Positions 1 to 13,678 of a stretch of DNA of 64,000 nt are shown here, piece after piece. Positions within the stretch are counted from its first letter, which is position 1. Each line of letters starts with the position of its first letter. The notes below the pieces were generated by a model. It did no database searches. It saw only the letters and a list, made by a program, of their open reading frames with translations, and was not told the origin of the DNA. A program made the position numbers and the translations under genes. The DNA comes from Candidatus Levyibacteriota bacterium (lineage in GTDB: Bacteria > Patescibacteriota > Microgenomatia > Levybacterales > UBA12049): assembly GCA_030651475.1 (NCBI GenBank), contig JAUSEW010000027.1:173614-237613 (forward strand). Reading direction: 5' to 3'.

Positions 1-7
1 GTCTTCT

Positions 8-1057
8 TTGGCAAAGCCAATTTTTCTATTCATTGCCGCATGTATTTTGTCTTTGGTTATAAACATACCAAATCTTAAAAGTTGGGAACTTTTCGTATCT
101 AGTCTTTATTTATTAAGGTGGGTTATGTATGTGGGGATATATTTTATAGTTTCAAACTTTGACAATAAGTTTAAGAAAAAGGTTCCAGCCTTAATGGTTA
201 TTTCAGGGGCTATAATTTTAGCCCTTGGATACGTTCAGTTCTTCTTTTATCCAAACCTTAGAAATTTATACTATCTTGGGTGGGATGAGCATTCGTACAG
301 GATGTTTTCCATATTCCTGGATCCAAATTTTGCCGGTACTTTTTTTGTCCTTCTATTATTTCTTGTATTTGGGTTAGCGGTTTATTGCATAAAAAATAAA
401 AGATTAATTTACGCACTAGCTTTATCGTTGCTGGCTAGTCTTACTGCAATAGGAATATTCTTGACTTATTCAAGAAGCGCATTTATTATGTTTTTCGTAG
501 GCACATTTACTTTCCTTGTTTTAATAAACAGAAAAAGAATTATAGTTCCAATTCTTGCTATTTTTATAGTTGTGTTTATAATTTCTTCAAAAAATTTCAA
601 TATAGAAAATACAAATCTTTTAAGAATTTCTTCTAGCAAAGCAAGATTATACGTAGCAGATAAAGCACTTACTATAATTAGAGATCATCCGTTGTTTGGC
701 GTTGGATTCAATGCTTATCGGTATGCGCAAATAAAATACGGATTTACTGGACGAAAAGAATTAATACTAAGCCATGCAAATGCAGGAACAGATAACAGCT
801 TCTTATTCGTATTGGCAACTACAGGGTTAATTGGGTTTGCCGCCTACATTTATCTTTGGTATAAAATTTCAAATAATTTATATATACTTTTTAAACAAAA
901 TATAGGTTTGAATAAAATCATACCCTTAGTTTTACTTTCTTCCCATATAGGCATTTCTTTAGCAAGCCTTTTTATAAATGCTTTATTTTACCCTTTTATT
1001 ATGGTGTGGATGTGGACATTGATGGGGTACTGCGAAAAAACTAAGGATTATAGCTAA
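8..1057 (+). CDS. O-antigen ligase / Wzy_C family polytopic membrane protein; probably 5'-partial, since the frame stays open to the window edge and the first codon is TTG
   Basis: About 10 predicted TM helices. A conserved block SHANAGTDNSFLFVLATTGLIGF resembles the Wzy_C H-N-x-x-L...G-x-x-G motif. YSRSAF loop region. Confidence 0.5.
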   Translation: MAKPIFLFIAACILSLVINIPNLKSWELFVSSLYLLRWVMYVGIYFIVSNFDNKFKKKVPALMVISGAIILALGYVQFFFYPNLRNLYYLGWDEHSYRMFSIFLDPNFAGTFFVLLLFLVFGLAVYCIKNKRLIYALALSLLASLTAIGIFLTYSRSAFIMFFVGTFTFLVLINRKRIIVPILAIFIVVFIISSKNFNIENTNLLRISSSKARLYVADKALTIIRDHPLFGVGFNAYRYAQIKYGFTGRKELILSHANAGTDNSFLFVLATTGLIGFAAYIYLWYKISNNLYILFKQNIGLNKIIPLVLLSSHIGISLASLFINALFYPFIMVWMWTLMGYCEKTKDYS

Positions 1058-1763
1058 CTTTTAAGTCTATCTCTTTTTTGTTCCCTGCCTGATCGGTTGC
1101 GACAATCTTAATGGGATTCTCACCGTTTTTAAGAGGTAAATTGTAAAAGAAATTGTTGTTTTCGTCAACTATTACCCAGAAGTCGTTAATTGTAACTTTT
1201 ACATCACTATCCGTTTTTCCTTTAATTTGCGCTACGTTTTGGTCTTTTGAAAATACTTGACCGTCGGATGGGGAGTCTACGGTAAGAGAAGGAATAGCGC
1301 TTTTGAAAACAACGGTTTGCGTTTCGGAAAAACCACTAGTTTTGTCATCAAGAACTGCGTTTGTTTTGATTGCATTGCTTCCCGGAATTAAAGACTCGGC
1401 AAAAGTAAAACTTCCGTCTGATTTTGTCTGTATTTTATCTATTAAAGAGTTATTTATATATAAATTTATAATTTGATTAGGCGAAGAATTTCCGGAAATT
1501 ATTATATTTGCGCTATTTGTTGCGGATAATAGTGGATTTATAATCGGTGGGGAAATAAATTTAATTGAATTGTTTTGCGTAGGTTCCTGGGAAGATTTAG
1601 ATCCGGATAAAAACAAAGTTAGGTTAACCATAAGCGGAAGTCCGAATTTAATGACAATAAATATTACGATTGCTATTCCGGCCAAACTTAAAAACAAGTT
1701 TCTTCGGATTCTTGTTTCTTTTAAGTTTGATAATCTGGATCTATTTCTATTTATTCTAGCCAT
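1041..1763 (-). CDS. membrane-anchored protein with bacterial Ig-like (Big) type domain. Start reassigned to the internal ATG at 1761-1763 to avoid the tRNA overlap
   Basis: N-terminal TM helix (FLSLAGIAIVIFIVI). C-terminal beta-rich segment VATDQAGNKKEIDLKVSYNP is typical of Big domains. The ORF-track start at 1805 would overlap tRNA-Thr. Confidence 0.4.
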   Translation of the reverse strand: MARINRNRSRLSNLKETRIRRNLFLSLAGIAIVIFIVIKFGLPLMVNLTLFLSGSKSSQEPTQNNSIKFISPPIINPLLSATNSANIIISGNSSPNQIINLYINNSLIDKIQTKSDGSFTFAESLIPGSNAIKTNAVLDDKTSGFSETQTVVFKSAIPSLTVDSPSDGQVFSKDQNVAQIKGKTDSDVKVTINDFWVIVDENNNFFYNLPLKNGENPIKIVATDQAGNKKEIDLKVSYNP

Positions 1764-1777
1764 AATCAAAAGAGAAA

Positions 1778-1852
1778 TGGAGCCGATGGCGGGAATCGGA
1801 CCCACGACCTAGTGTTTACGAAACACTTGCTCTACCACTGAGCCACATCGGC
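1778..1852 (-). tRNA. tRNA-Thr (anticodon CGT), CCA encoded
   Basis: Reverse complement folds as a cloverleaf. Acceptor GCCGATG/CATCGGC, D stem GCTC/GAGC, anticodon stem AGTGT/ACACT with loop TTCGTAA, T loop TCCGATT, 3' TCCA. Confidence 0.85.
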
Positions 1853-1901
1853 ATTTTATTAGTATTATTGTATGAAATTGCGTAGTAAAGAGCAAACGTT
1901 T

Positions 1902-2534
1902 CTAGTTTTTGTTTTTCGATTCTAAATATTTTTTACCGTGCCCAACAGAAGTATTTATGGGAATCTGTTTTTTGCATAAAATACAGTTTTTTTCCTCATA
2001 AGCTACAACTGGTAATGTTCCGAGAGATTTGAATTTTGCAGTTAAAAACTTTTCGTTTACTTCTTTCGGATTTCGATTTATCATAACTCCAACTGCGATT
2101 ACTTTTCCGCCTGCTTCTCTTACGCTGTCGATAACTTTCTTGACAGATCCTCCTGTTGTGGTTAAGTCTTCTATTACCAGAACTTTCTTTCCCTTAATCA
2201 GTTTATCGTAACCTCTTGTAAATATTTGATTTTTGTCTATTGTCTTTTCCGTATAAACGCTTAGAATTTCTTCCCCCTTTAGCTTAGAAAGATGATATGC
2301 TGTCCATTGAGAGAGAATAATGCCTCCTAAGGCAGGGGCAGCCACAATATCTATTTGAAGATTTTTAAATTTTTCCGCAAAAAGCTTACCAACAGCAGAC
2401 GCTTCTTGAGTATGAATATATATGGCGTCTTTATTTATATAGATCGGCGAGTGTTTTCCAGACGTTAAAACGAAGTGGTCGTTATCGATTAAAGCCTTAG
2501 TTTTCTTAAGAATGTCAAAAATATTTTTTTTCAT
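1902..2534 (-). CDS. pyrE: orotate phosphoribosyltransferase
   Basis: PRTase PRPP-binding motif VLVIEDLTTTGGS. Sits in a pyrD-pyrF-pyrE gene row. Has a short Cys-containing C-terminal extension. Confidence 0.85.
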   Translation of the reverse strand: MKKNIFDILKKTKALIDNDHFVLTSGKHSPIYINKDAIYIHTQEASAVGKLFAEKFKNLQIDIVAAPALGGIILSQWTAYHLSKLKGEEILSVYTEKTIDKNQIFTRGYDKLIKGKKVLVIEDLTTTGGSVKKVIDSVREAGGKVIAVGVMINRNPKEVNEKFLTAKFKSLGTLPVVAYEEKNCILCKKQIPINTSVGHGKKYLESKNKN

Positions 2535-3271
2535 CTATATTTATTTATCCCGTTTCTTAATTGCAATGCGGCTGTTCTTGGGTTTTCTGCAAAGATTATC
2601 CCACGGGAGGAATTTATTATCAAGCCCGACTTATCTTTCCTTAGCCCTGCTTTCAAGGTTTTTTCCAAATCTCCGCCTTGCGCACCAATGCCTGGAACCA
2701 AAAAATAACGGTCCTTAAAAATTTTTCTCAAAATTCCAAGGTCTTCAGGATATGTCGCTGGGGCAATTATTCCAAAATTTTCTTCGTTCCATTTTGATAC
2801 TTTTTCCGCCATTACCTGAAAAAAAGGTTTTCCATTAACATTTATATCCTGAAAATCTGAAGCGGAAGGATTAGATGAGCGAATGTATAAGAAAGAATAT
2901 TTATCTTTGTATGAAAGAAAGGGGATAACGCCGTCTTTTCCTGTAAAGATGTGAAGAGTTACCGAATCTGCTTTCCAAAAATCAAAAACAGATTTTGCGT
3001 ACATCTCTGCCGTATGTCCTACCGATCCTCGCTTTGCGTCAAGAATAATTGGTATGTTTTTGGGTATATGTTGAATTGTTTTTTGTAGAGATTTTAATCC
3101 AGTAATACCATCTGCTTCATAAAAAGCAGTATCAGGTTTGTACGCACAAACAAGATCGTAAGTTTGGTCAATGACTCTTTTATTTAATGAAAAATCACTG
3201 CTGTCTAAGCCAACACAAAGAAGGGAATTATTTTTCTTTATCGCTTTTTCAAGTTTTTGTATAAATGTCAT
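2531..3271 (-). CDS. pyrF: orotidine-5'-phosphate decarboxylase. Start taken at MTFIQKL, giving an ATGA overlap with the pyrD stop
   Basis: N-terminal LLCVGLD motif and a K-rich active-site region typical of OMP decarboxylase. Operon context. Confidence 0.8.
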   Translation of the reverse strand: MTFIQKLEKAIKKNNSLLCVGLDSSDFSLNKRVIDQTYDLVCAYKPDTAFYEADGITGLKSLQKTIQHIPKNIPIILDAKRGSVGHTAEMYAKSVFDFWKADSVTLHIFTGKDGVIPFLSYKDKYSFLYIRSSNPSASDFQDINVNGKPFFQVMAEKVSKWNEENFGIIAPATYPEDLGILRKIFKDRYFLVPGIGAQGGDLEKTLKAGLRKDKSGLIINSSRGIIFAENPRTAALQLRNGINKYR

Positions 3272-4341
3272 TTTATGTTTAATTTTTCGAAAATCTCGTA
3301 CGCAAGATAGGGGTTCCACATCGCTCCTGTTGCGGATTGTACCAAATCTGCTCCTGCTTTTCGATAATCAAAAAAATCTTTTGGGGTCATAACTCCGCCT
3401 ATTCCAACAATTTCATAATTGTATTTATTTCCTTTCTTTATTTTTTGTAGTTTTTCGACCATTTCAATTCCAGCCCATTTAATCGCACTTCCGCAAACTC
3501 CGCTCTTTAGCCTATTTTTGCCAGGAAGTGCTTGATTGCCATCTTCGTCTACGATTTCGACCTGCAAAGTATTTATCGCAGCTATCGCATTTGCGTATTT
3601 ATTTGCAATTTTTGCCAAAACCTTAACATCTTTAAGATCTTTATAGTATCCAACTTTCAATATCAGAGGCGTATCGCCAATAGCTTTTCTTATTGCCTGG
3701 CATACTTTTTCAGTTACTTCTAAGTTGTAGCAGACCAGACCTTCGTTTCCAATATTAGGACACGATAAATTAGCTTCGAGAATTTTTGCCTCTGTTTCTT
3801 TTGCAAGTTTGGCTGCAATAGCAAAATCTTCTATAAATTCCTCTTGGGTTTGGTTTGGTTTTACCGTGCCCATAAAACTCAATATTAACAGTTGTCCGTT
3901 TCTTTCATATCTTATTGCTTCTTTTACATCTTGTTGCCAAATCGCGGGTTTTTTTGACGGAACGCCAAAAGAATTCGTTATCGTAAGCTGTTTCTTGTTT
4001 GCCTTGCTTTGAACGATAAGCCGTGGTGTTTTGTAGGGAAATAATTTTTTTGGCGCTTTTACGTACATTACGTTTGGATAGGGATGGCAAGGGAAGATAT
4101 CTGCTCTGACTGTTTTGTATGTTGAAACTGAAAAACCAAAATCAAAAGATCCTTTTATAAATTTACTATTCAAAAGAGGTCCTGCAGGAATACCAAAAGG
4201 AAGATTAACAGGAAAACCTAGAAAATTATATCGGGGTTTTGATTTCTTAAAAAGAGGTTTTTTTAATTTGCTAAGCCCAATTGGACCTTGTTTGAAATTA
4301 CCATCATATGTTTTGTGAATATCATATAAAAGGGAATCCAT
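3268..4341 (-). CDS. pyrD: dihydroorotate dehydrogenase (class 1-like catalytic subunit)
   Basis: NLSCPN active-site motif. GIGGV FMN-binding region near the C-terminus. TIM-barrel DHODH pattern. Confidence 0.85.
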   Translation of the reverse strand: MDSLLYDIHKTYDGNFKQGPIGLSKLKKPLFKKSKPRYNFLGFPVNLPFGIPAGPLLNSKFIKGSFDFGFSVSTYKTVRADIFPCHPYPNVMYVKAPKKLFPYKTPRLIVQSKANKKQLTITNSFGVPSKKPAIWQQDVKEAIRYERNGQLLILSFMGTVKPNQTQEEFIEDFAIAAKLAKETEAKILEANLSCPNIGNEGLVCYNLEVTEKVCQAIRKAIGDTPLILKVGYYKDLKDVKVLAKIANKYANAIAAINTLQVEIVDEDGNQALPGKNRLKSGVCGSAIKWAGIEMVEKLQKIKKGNKYNYEIVGIGGVMTPKDFFDYRKAGADLVQSATGAMWNPYLAYEIFEKLNIK

Positions 4342-4346
4342 AAATA

Positions 4347-7019
<2,673 letters not shown>

Positions 7020-7024
7020 ATTTT

Positions 7025-8587
7025 TTACGCGCCAAACGCTTTTTTAAAGTCTAAAATTGATTTTTGCATTTCCTTAATTATTTCTTCAGAAGGTTTTTGT
7101 CCTGTCGAAAGAGACTCAATTATTTTCGGAAAGCTTCTTTTTACAAAGTCATGATATTCTGTTTCAAATTTTTCGAAAAGCTCAAGTTTTATGTCGTCCA
7201 AATACCCATTTGCAACTGCAAAAATGCTTAAAATTTCTAAACTTTCCTCAAGAGGATGATATTGTGGCTGTTTTAGGATTTCGATTGTTTTTTTCCCTCT
7301 TTCCAGCTGGGCTAATGTCGCAGGATCCAGTTCGCTTCCGAATTGAGCAAAAGCCGCCAATTCGTTATATTGCGCAAGCTCCAGTTTCATTTTTCCCGAA
7401 ACAGACTTAATTGCAGGCGTTTGGGCTGCTCCTCCAACTCTTGAAACAGAACTGCCTACATTGATTGCGGGTCTTATGCCATTATTAAATAAATCCTGTT
7501 GCAAATATATTTGCCCATCAGTAATAGAGATAACGTTAGTTGGAATATATGCGGAGATATCGTTGGCTTGAGTTTCTATAATTGGAAGCGCGGTTATAGA
7601 TCCGCCTCCGTTTTCTTTATTTAGCTTAACAGCTCTTTCCAAAAGTCTGCTGTGAAGATAGAATATATCTCCCGGATAAGCTTCTCTTCCTGCGGGACGT
7701 TTCAGAACCAGAGAGATTTGTCTATACGCCCACGCATGCTTAGTGAGGTCGTCATAAACAACTAGGACGTCTTTCCCCTTTTCCATAAAGTATTCGGCGA
7801 TTGCAGATCCGGCATATGGCGCAAGATATTGTAAGGACGGAGAGTCAGAGGCTCCTGCAGCAACAATTATTGAATACTCTAATGCACCCTCTTGGTCCAG
7901 CTTATCTATTACTTGGGCAATAGTGCTTTGTTTTTGTCCGATAGCAACATACACGCAGATTACTGGTTTTTGTTTTTTATTTCTTTCAGCCATAGGCTGA
8001 TCGGCCTTTGGCCGAGGTTTTTGATTGATTATGGTATCAATCGCGATAGCTGTTTTTCCGGTTTGTCTGTCGCCAATAATGAGCTCCCGTTGTCCTCGTC
8101 CTATTGGGATCAATGCATCTATCGCTTTTATTCCTGTTTTTAACGGTGTACTTACGGGTTCTCTGTCTACTACGCCTGCTGCAATTTTCTCAAGAGGCAT
8201 ATCTTTTCCCTTCTTAATCGTTGATTTGCCGTCCAGAGGTTCTCCTAAAGGATTTACAACTCTTCCGAGTATGTCATCGGATACGTTTATGCTTAGTATT
8301 TTCCCGGTTGTCTTTACAGTATCTCCCTCTTTGATGTCGTCGCTTTTACCCAGGGTCAATATTGCGACATTGTCTTCGTCTAGATTCAGCACCACGCCCA
8401 TCTTATTCTTATCGAAAGACACAAGCTCCCCCATAAATGTTTGGGATAATCCGGAAGCAACGATAACTCCGTCTGTATTTTTTTCGACTATTCCGACGTT
8501 TTGGGTTTTGGCGCTTCCCTGAAACATTGCCAGTCTTTCTTCGAGCTGTTTGATAATTGTATCAGCGTCAATCATATGCAAGACCAA
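7025..8587 (-). CDS. atpA: F-type ATP synthase alpha subunit
   Basis: Walker A GDRQTGKTAIA. Conserved SAYIPTNVISITDGQI region. Confidence 0.95.
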   Translation of the reverse strand: MVLHMIDADTIIKQLEERLAMFQGSAKTQNVGIVEKNTDGVIVASGLSQTFMGELVSFDKNKMGVVLNLDEDNVAILTLGKSDDIKEGDTVKTTGKILSINVSDDILGRVVNPLGEPLDGKSTIKKGKDMPLEKIAAGVVDREPVSTPLKTGIKAIDALIPIGRGQRELIIGDRQTGKTAIAIDTIINQKPRPKADQPMAERNKKQKPVICVYVAIGQKQSTIAQVIDKLDQEGALEYSIIVAAGASDSPSLQYLAPYAGSAIAEYFMEKGKDVLVVYDDLTKHAWAYRQISLVLKRPAGREAYPGDIFYLHSRLLERAVKLNKENGGGSITALPIIETQANDISAYIPTNVISITDGQIYLQQDLFNNGIRPAINVGSSVSRVGGAAQTPAIKSVSGKMKLELAQYNELAAFAQFGSELDPATLAQLERGKKTIEILKQPQYHPLEESLEILSIFAVANGYLDDIKLELFEKFETEYHDFVKRSFPKIIESLSTGQKPSEEIIKEMQKSILDFKKAFGA

Positions 8588-8918
8588 TATGGGTAGCGAT
8601 ATCTTCTAGGGTATTTTTTAAATCATGTTCATAAACAATGTCGTTATTTATAATCCTAACTCCGGCAATAAGGCTTGGGTCTTCTTTGTAGATAATTTTT
8701 TTACCTCTAAACATTTTATCAAATATCTTTTTATCAGTATACATGAAAGGCAAGTTTATTATAACCGTGTTTTCCTTCTCGTAACTTTTTAATACTTTTA
8801 CATATGCTTTCAAATCTTTTCTTGTCAATAATCTCGCTATCTTATTTACCCTAATGAGGTTTAGCTTTTTATGTACATAACTTAATAGAACCAGTTTTTT
8901 TATCTTCTTGATGTCCAT
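8568..8918 (-). CDS. atpH: F-type ATP synthase delta (OSCP) subunit, truncated to about 116 aa
   Basis: Operon position between atpF and atpA. C-terminal LIAGVRIINNDIVYEHDLKNTLEDI matches the delta C-terminal consensus. The N-terminal half of a typical delta is absent. Confidence 0.6.
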   Translation of the reverse strand: MDIKKIKKLVLLSYVHKKLNLIRVNKIARLLTRKDLKAYVKVLKSYEKENTVIINLPFMYTDKKIFDKMFRGKKIIYKEDPSLIAGVRIINNDIVYEHDLKNTLEDIATHIGLAYD

Positions 8919-8930
8919 AACTTATTAATA

Positions 8931-9428
8931 TTAGATTTTCATTTCTTTTAGAGCCTTTTTCAGAATTTCTTTTTGCTCTTTTTCAGAGAAAAGCTGCTCC
9001 AATGATTTTTTTAGAAATTCAATTGCAACTTTACTTACTGTTAAAGTTAATCTTTTTTCTGTTTCAATGGCTTCTTTTTTAATCTGCAAAGATGCATCGG
9101 CAAAAATTTTTTCAGTTTGTTTTTTAGAAATTTCTTCAATTTCCTTAGCCGTTTCTGTTGCATGGCTCTTGGCATCATCGATAATCTTTTTCGCATAGGC
9201 TTCTGCTCTTTTCAGAACTGCTTTTTCCTCCGAGCTAGCCTTCTCCAAAAGAATGCGCACCTCTTCGTTCTTCCTAACACCTTCCTTAATTGCGTCTTCT
9301 CTTTTTTTCAACAATTCCAATATCGGTTTATAAAGGAACCTCTTAAGAACGTAAAGAATAATTAAGAAATTAATGACTTGAGCAGCCAAAAATACAGGAT
9401 CAAGTCCGAAATTTTTGATAATTTCCAT
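8931..9428 (-). CDS. atpF: F-type ATP synthase subunit b
   Basis: Single N-terminal TM helix followed by a long charged coiled coil. Operon position. Confidence 0.85.
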   Translation of the reverse strand: MEIIKNFGLDPVFLAAQVINFLIILYVLKRFLYKPILELLKKREDAIKEGVRKNEEVRILLEKASSEEKAVLKRAEAYAKKIIDDAKSHATETAKEIEEISKKQTEKIFADASLQIKKEAIETEKRLTLTVSKVAIEFLKKSLEQLFSEKEQKEILKKALKEMKI

Positions 9429-9466
9429 ATTGAATAAGAATATCTAATCTTTAAATAAGAACAAAC

Positions 9467-10416
<950 letters not shown>

Positions 10417-10463
10417 ATAACTTTATAATTCTAGATATAATTTAAACATAAGTCAAGAAGAAA

Positions 10464-13400
10464 TTAATTAATTGTTGATATTTTTTCTGCAATTATAGTC
10501 GGTCTCTCATTTTTTCCGTCTATATATCCCTCAACTATAACCACAGAGTCTTTAATTAATAAATACTTATATCTGCTAAAAATTTTAGGGAATACGACAC
10601 ATTCTATAGATAAACCTTTTTCGTCCCCAATAGTCAAGAATGCCATCTCGTTATTGTTTTTCTTTGTAAATATTTTTCGGGAATTCTCTATAATTCCGCC
10701 TATTTTTACTTTCCCGCCTTCTTTTTCTTCTCCTGCCAATTCAATCTCATGAGTGATCAAAGATTTCAATGAGAGAAGTTTGTCCGCATGAGGATGAGAC
10801 GTTAGATAAAATCCAAGAAAATCTTTTTCAAACGATAATTTTTCCAAATCAGAAAAATCCTCGATGTCGTTTTGCAGCAAATTTTGAGGTTTGGAATCAA
10901 TATCGTTATCTCCGAACAAACTTTCCTGTCCGACACTTGTCTGTTTTTTCTTTTGATGTAAATTTTCAATTATTTCAGAATAATTGATTAAAAGTTTTGC
11001 TCTATTGCCAAAATAATCCATTGCTCCGGCTTTTATCAAACTTTCTAGGGTTTTCTTGTTTACAGGACCCAAATCTACACGTGAACAAAAATCTTCTAAA
11101 CTTTTAAATGTGCCCTTGCTTCTTGCTTCTAAAATGCTTCTCATTGCAGCTTCGCCGACATTTTTTATTGCAGATAAACCAAATCGGATTTTTGTCTTAT
11201 CTTCTATAGCAAAGTCAGTATTTGATTTATTTATATCGGGAGGTAAGACTTTTACGTTTAGTCTTCGGCATTCCATTACAGCTTGAGCTATTTTTTCATT
11301 TTTGACTGGACCCGTAGTGCCCCTAGATTCGGCCGTCAGGAGCGCAGTCATAAACTCAACGGGATAATGAGCTTTAAAATAGGCTGTTTGGAAAGCTATT
11401 GTGGCATAACCTGCAGCGTGTGCTTTATTAAAACCATATCCTGCAAATGGCTCAAATAATACCCAGAGAGATTCGGCCTTATTCTTTAGCATGCCATTTT
11501 TTATGCAACCATCCACGAATTGATCGTGCTGCTTTTTCATTTCGGAAGTAATTTTTTTACCAATTGCCTTTCTTAACTTGTCTGCTTCAAGCCATGAATA
11601 TCCCGCAACAGTAATCGCAGTTAAAAGGACATCATCTTGAAACGTAATAACTCCATAGGATTCTTTTAATATATCTTTAAGGCGCGGATCGGGATATTTA
11701 ATAAGAGAGGGGTTGTGTTTCCTCCTTATGAATTCAGGAATATTTGCCATAGGTCCGGGTCTATAAAGCGCAACCATTGCCTGCAAGTCGAATATAGAAG
11801 TAGGTTTTAATTCTTTTATGTACCTTCTCATACCGGAAGATTCAAGTTGAAATATCCCGGTAGTTTCTCCGGACGATAATAATTCGTATGTTTTTTTATC
11901 ATCAAGCGGGAGTTCGGACAAAAATATTTTTACTCCCTGATTTTCTTTTATGAAACGTAAAGCTTCTTGAATAATAGTTAAATTTCTAAGGCCTAAAAAA
12001 TCCATTTTCAAAAGTCCGACTCCATCTTCACCTACAGTATACATATCGTATTGGGTAATTATTTTTTCGCCGTTTGTTTCTTTTTGAAGCGGCGTATACT
12101 CGATAAGAGGTTTATCTGCGATTACAACTCCTGCAGCATGCATTGAGGCGTGCCTAACAACTCCTTCTACTTTTCTGGCAAGATCAAGTAGTCTTTTAGT
12201 CTCGGATTCGATACTATAGGCAATTCTTAAATCGGAAGATTGTTCCAACGCCTTATCTATTGTCATTGCGTGACCTTGCCATCCCTGGGGTATCATTTTC
12301 GATATTCTATCCGGGGCAGAATAAGGCATACCAAGAGCTCTTCCGACATCTCTGACAGATCCTCTTGCCTCCATGGTTCCAAATGTTATAATTTGCGCTA
12401 CCTTATCTTTACCGTATTTTTTGGTGACGTATTCTATTACTTCGTCGCGTCTGTTATCTGCGAAATCCAAATCTATATCGGGAGGAGACGGACGCATTGG
12501 GTTTAGAAATCTTTCAAACGGTAATTTAAAATACAAAGGATCCACGTCCGATATGGCCAAAGCGTATGATACTATCGATCCTGCGTTGGAACCCCTGCCA
12601 GGACCTACAGTAATTCCATGACTTTTTGCCCAGTTAACAAAATCAGCGACAATTAGAATATACATTTCATAACCCTTCTTTAGTATCACTGACAGTTCGT
12701 AATCAGCCCTTTCTTTAATTATCGGCGTTATTTTTTTATAACGTTTTATTAATCCCTCGTCTACTTTTTCTTTTATATATTCTGCGGAAGTTTTTTTGTT
12801 TGGGACTTCAAATGCCGGCATAATCCACTTGCCTAAAGTTATTTCTACGTTGCACATTTCGGCAATTTTAACCGTGTTTTCAATTGCTTCAGGCGTTTGT
12901 ATAAAAAGTCCCTGCATCTCATCTTGGGTTTTCATATAAAAATCAGGCGATGATATCATCGAAAGCCTTCTATTTTTTGTTTGTAAAGTTGTCTGCGTCT
13001 GTATACAAAGCAACACCTCTTGGGCTTCGGCATCTGTATTATTTACATAATGATTGTCATTAGTCGCAACCAGCGGAATTCCAAGTTTTCTGGAAAGAGC
13101 TATTAGCTTTTCGTTTAGAGAATCTTGATCTTTTACATCCGTATGTTTCTGAAGCTCCAAATAGAAATGATCTTTACCAAATATTTCCGAAAGCGTTGTT
13201 GCTCTTTTTATTGCTGTTTCCTCCTGTCCTTGGATGAGCGGTTCTGACACGTATCCGTTCACGCAAGCAGATAAACAGATTAATCCTTCATGATTTTCCT
13301 TCAAAAGCTGCATATCCGATCGAGGTTTGTAGTAATATCCTTCAAGATTGGCAATAGAGATTATTTTCATTAGATTTCTGTATCCGGTGTTATTTTCTGC

Positions 13401-13676
13401 CAGAAGAATAAGATGGTTGGAGTCAGTGTCTAGGCCTGCTTCTTTATCGTGTCTGGAGCGCCTGCTGATATATATTTCGCAGCCGATGATAGGTTTTATT
13501 CCTTCTTCAAGACAGGTTTTATAAAAGTATATCGTGCCGTACATATTTCCATGATCTGTGATGGCAAGCGCTTTCATCCCCAGGTCCTTAGCACGTTTTA
13601 CCATTAGGGGAATTTTGGACAAACCATCCAAAAGAGAATATTCGCTGTGATTATGAAGATGAACAAACTCCGCCAT
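10464..13676 (-). CDS. dnaE: DNA polymerase III alpha subunit
   Basis: N-terminal PHP domain HLHNHSEYSLLDG, polymerase palm/fingers motifs, OB fold. 1070 aa. Confidence 0.95.
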   Translation of the reverse strand: MAEFVHLHNHSEYSLLDGLSKIPLMVKRAKDLGMKALAITDHGNMYGTIYFYKTCLEEGIKPIIGCEIYISRRSRHDKEAGLDTDSNHLILLAENNTGYRNLMKIISIANLEGYYYKPRSDMQLLKENHEGLICLSACVNGYVSEPLIQGQEETAIKRATTLSEIFGKDHFYLELQKHTDVKDQDSLNEKLIALSRKLGIPLVATNDNHYVNNTDAEAQEVLLCIQTQTTLQTKNRRLSMISSPDFYMKTQDEMQGLFIQTPEAIENTVKIAEMCNVEITLGKWIMPAFEVPNKKTSAEYIKEKVDEGLIKRYKKITPIIKERADYELSVILKKGYEMYILIVADFVNWAKSHGITVGPGRGSNAGSIVSYALAISDVDPLYFKLPFERFLNPMRPSPPDIDLDFADNRRDEVIEYVTKKYGKDKVAQIITFGTMEARGSVRDVGRALGMPYSAPDRISKMIPQGWQGHAMTIDKALEQSSDLRIAYSIESETKRLLDLARKVEGVVRHASMHAAGVVIADKPLIEYTPLQKETNGEKIITQYDMYTVGEDGVGLLKMDFLGLRNLTIIQEALRFIKENQGVKIFLSELPLDDKKTYELLSSGETTGIFQLESSGMRRYIKELKPTSIFDLQAMVALYRPGPMANIPEFIRRKHNPSLIKYPDPRLKDILKESYGVITFQDDVLLTAITVAGYSWLEADKLRKAIGKKITSEMKKQHDQFVDGCIKNGMLKNKAESLWVLFEPFAGYGFNKAHAAGYATIAFQTAYFKAHYPVEFMTALLTAESRGTTGPVKNEKIAQAVMECRRLNVKVLPPDINKSNTDFAIEDKTKIRFGLSAIKNVGEAAMRSILEARSKGTFKSLEDFCSRVDLGPVNKKTLESLIKAGAMDYFGNRAKLLINYSEIIENLHQKKKQTSVGQESLFGDNDIDSKPQNLLQNDIEDFSDLEKLSFEKDFLGFYLTSHPHADKLLSLKSLITHEIELAGEEKEGGKVKIGGIIENSRKIFTKKNNNEMAFLTIGDEKGLSIECVVFPKIFSRYKYLLIKDSVVIVEGYIDGKNERPTIIAEKISTIN

Positions 13677-13678
13677 AA

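Noticed and set aside
1764-1805. ORF-track extension of the 254-aa protein into tRNA-Thr
   Set aside because: It overlaps a well-formed tRNA. The internal ATG at 1763 gives a sensible start with a TM helix.
2512-2534. Possible frameshift between pyrE and pyrF (4-nt overlap)
   Set aside because: Short ATGA/TAATG-type overlaps recur throughout this genome (pyrD/pyrF, gatB/GGDEF, uvrA/downstream gene). They are consistent with translational coupling, not with sequencing error.
2460-2534. pyrE C-terminal CxxC...H extension as a zinc-binding module
   Set aside because: Only two cysteines are present, which is too little evidence. It was noted in the feature only.
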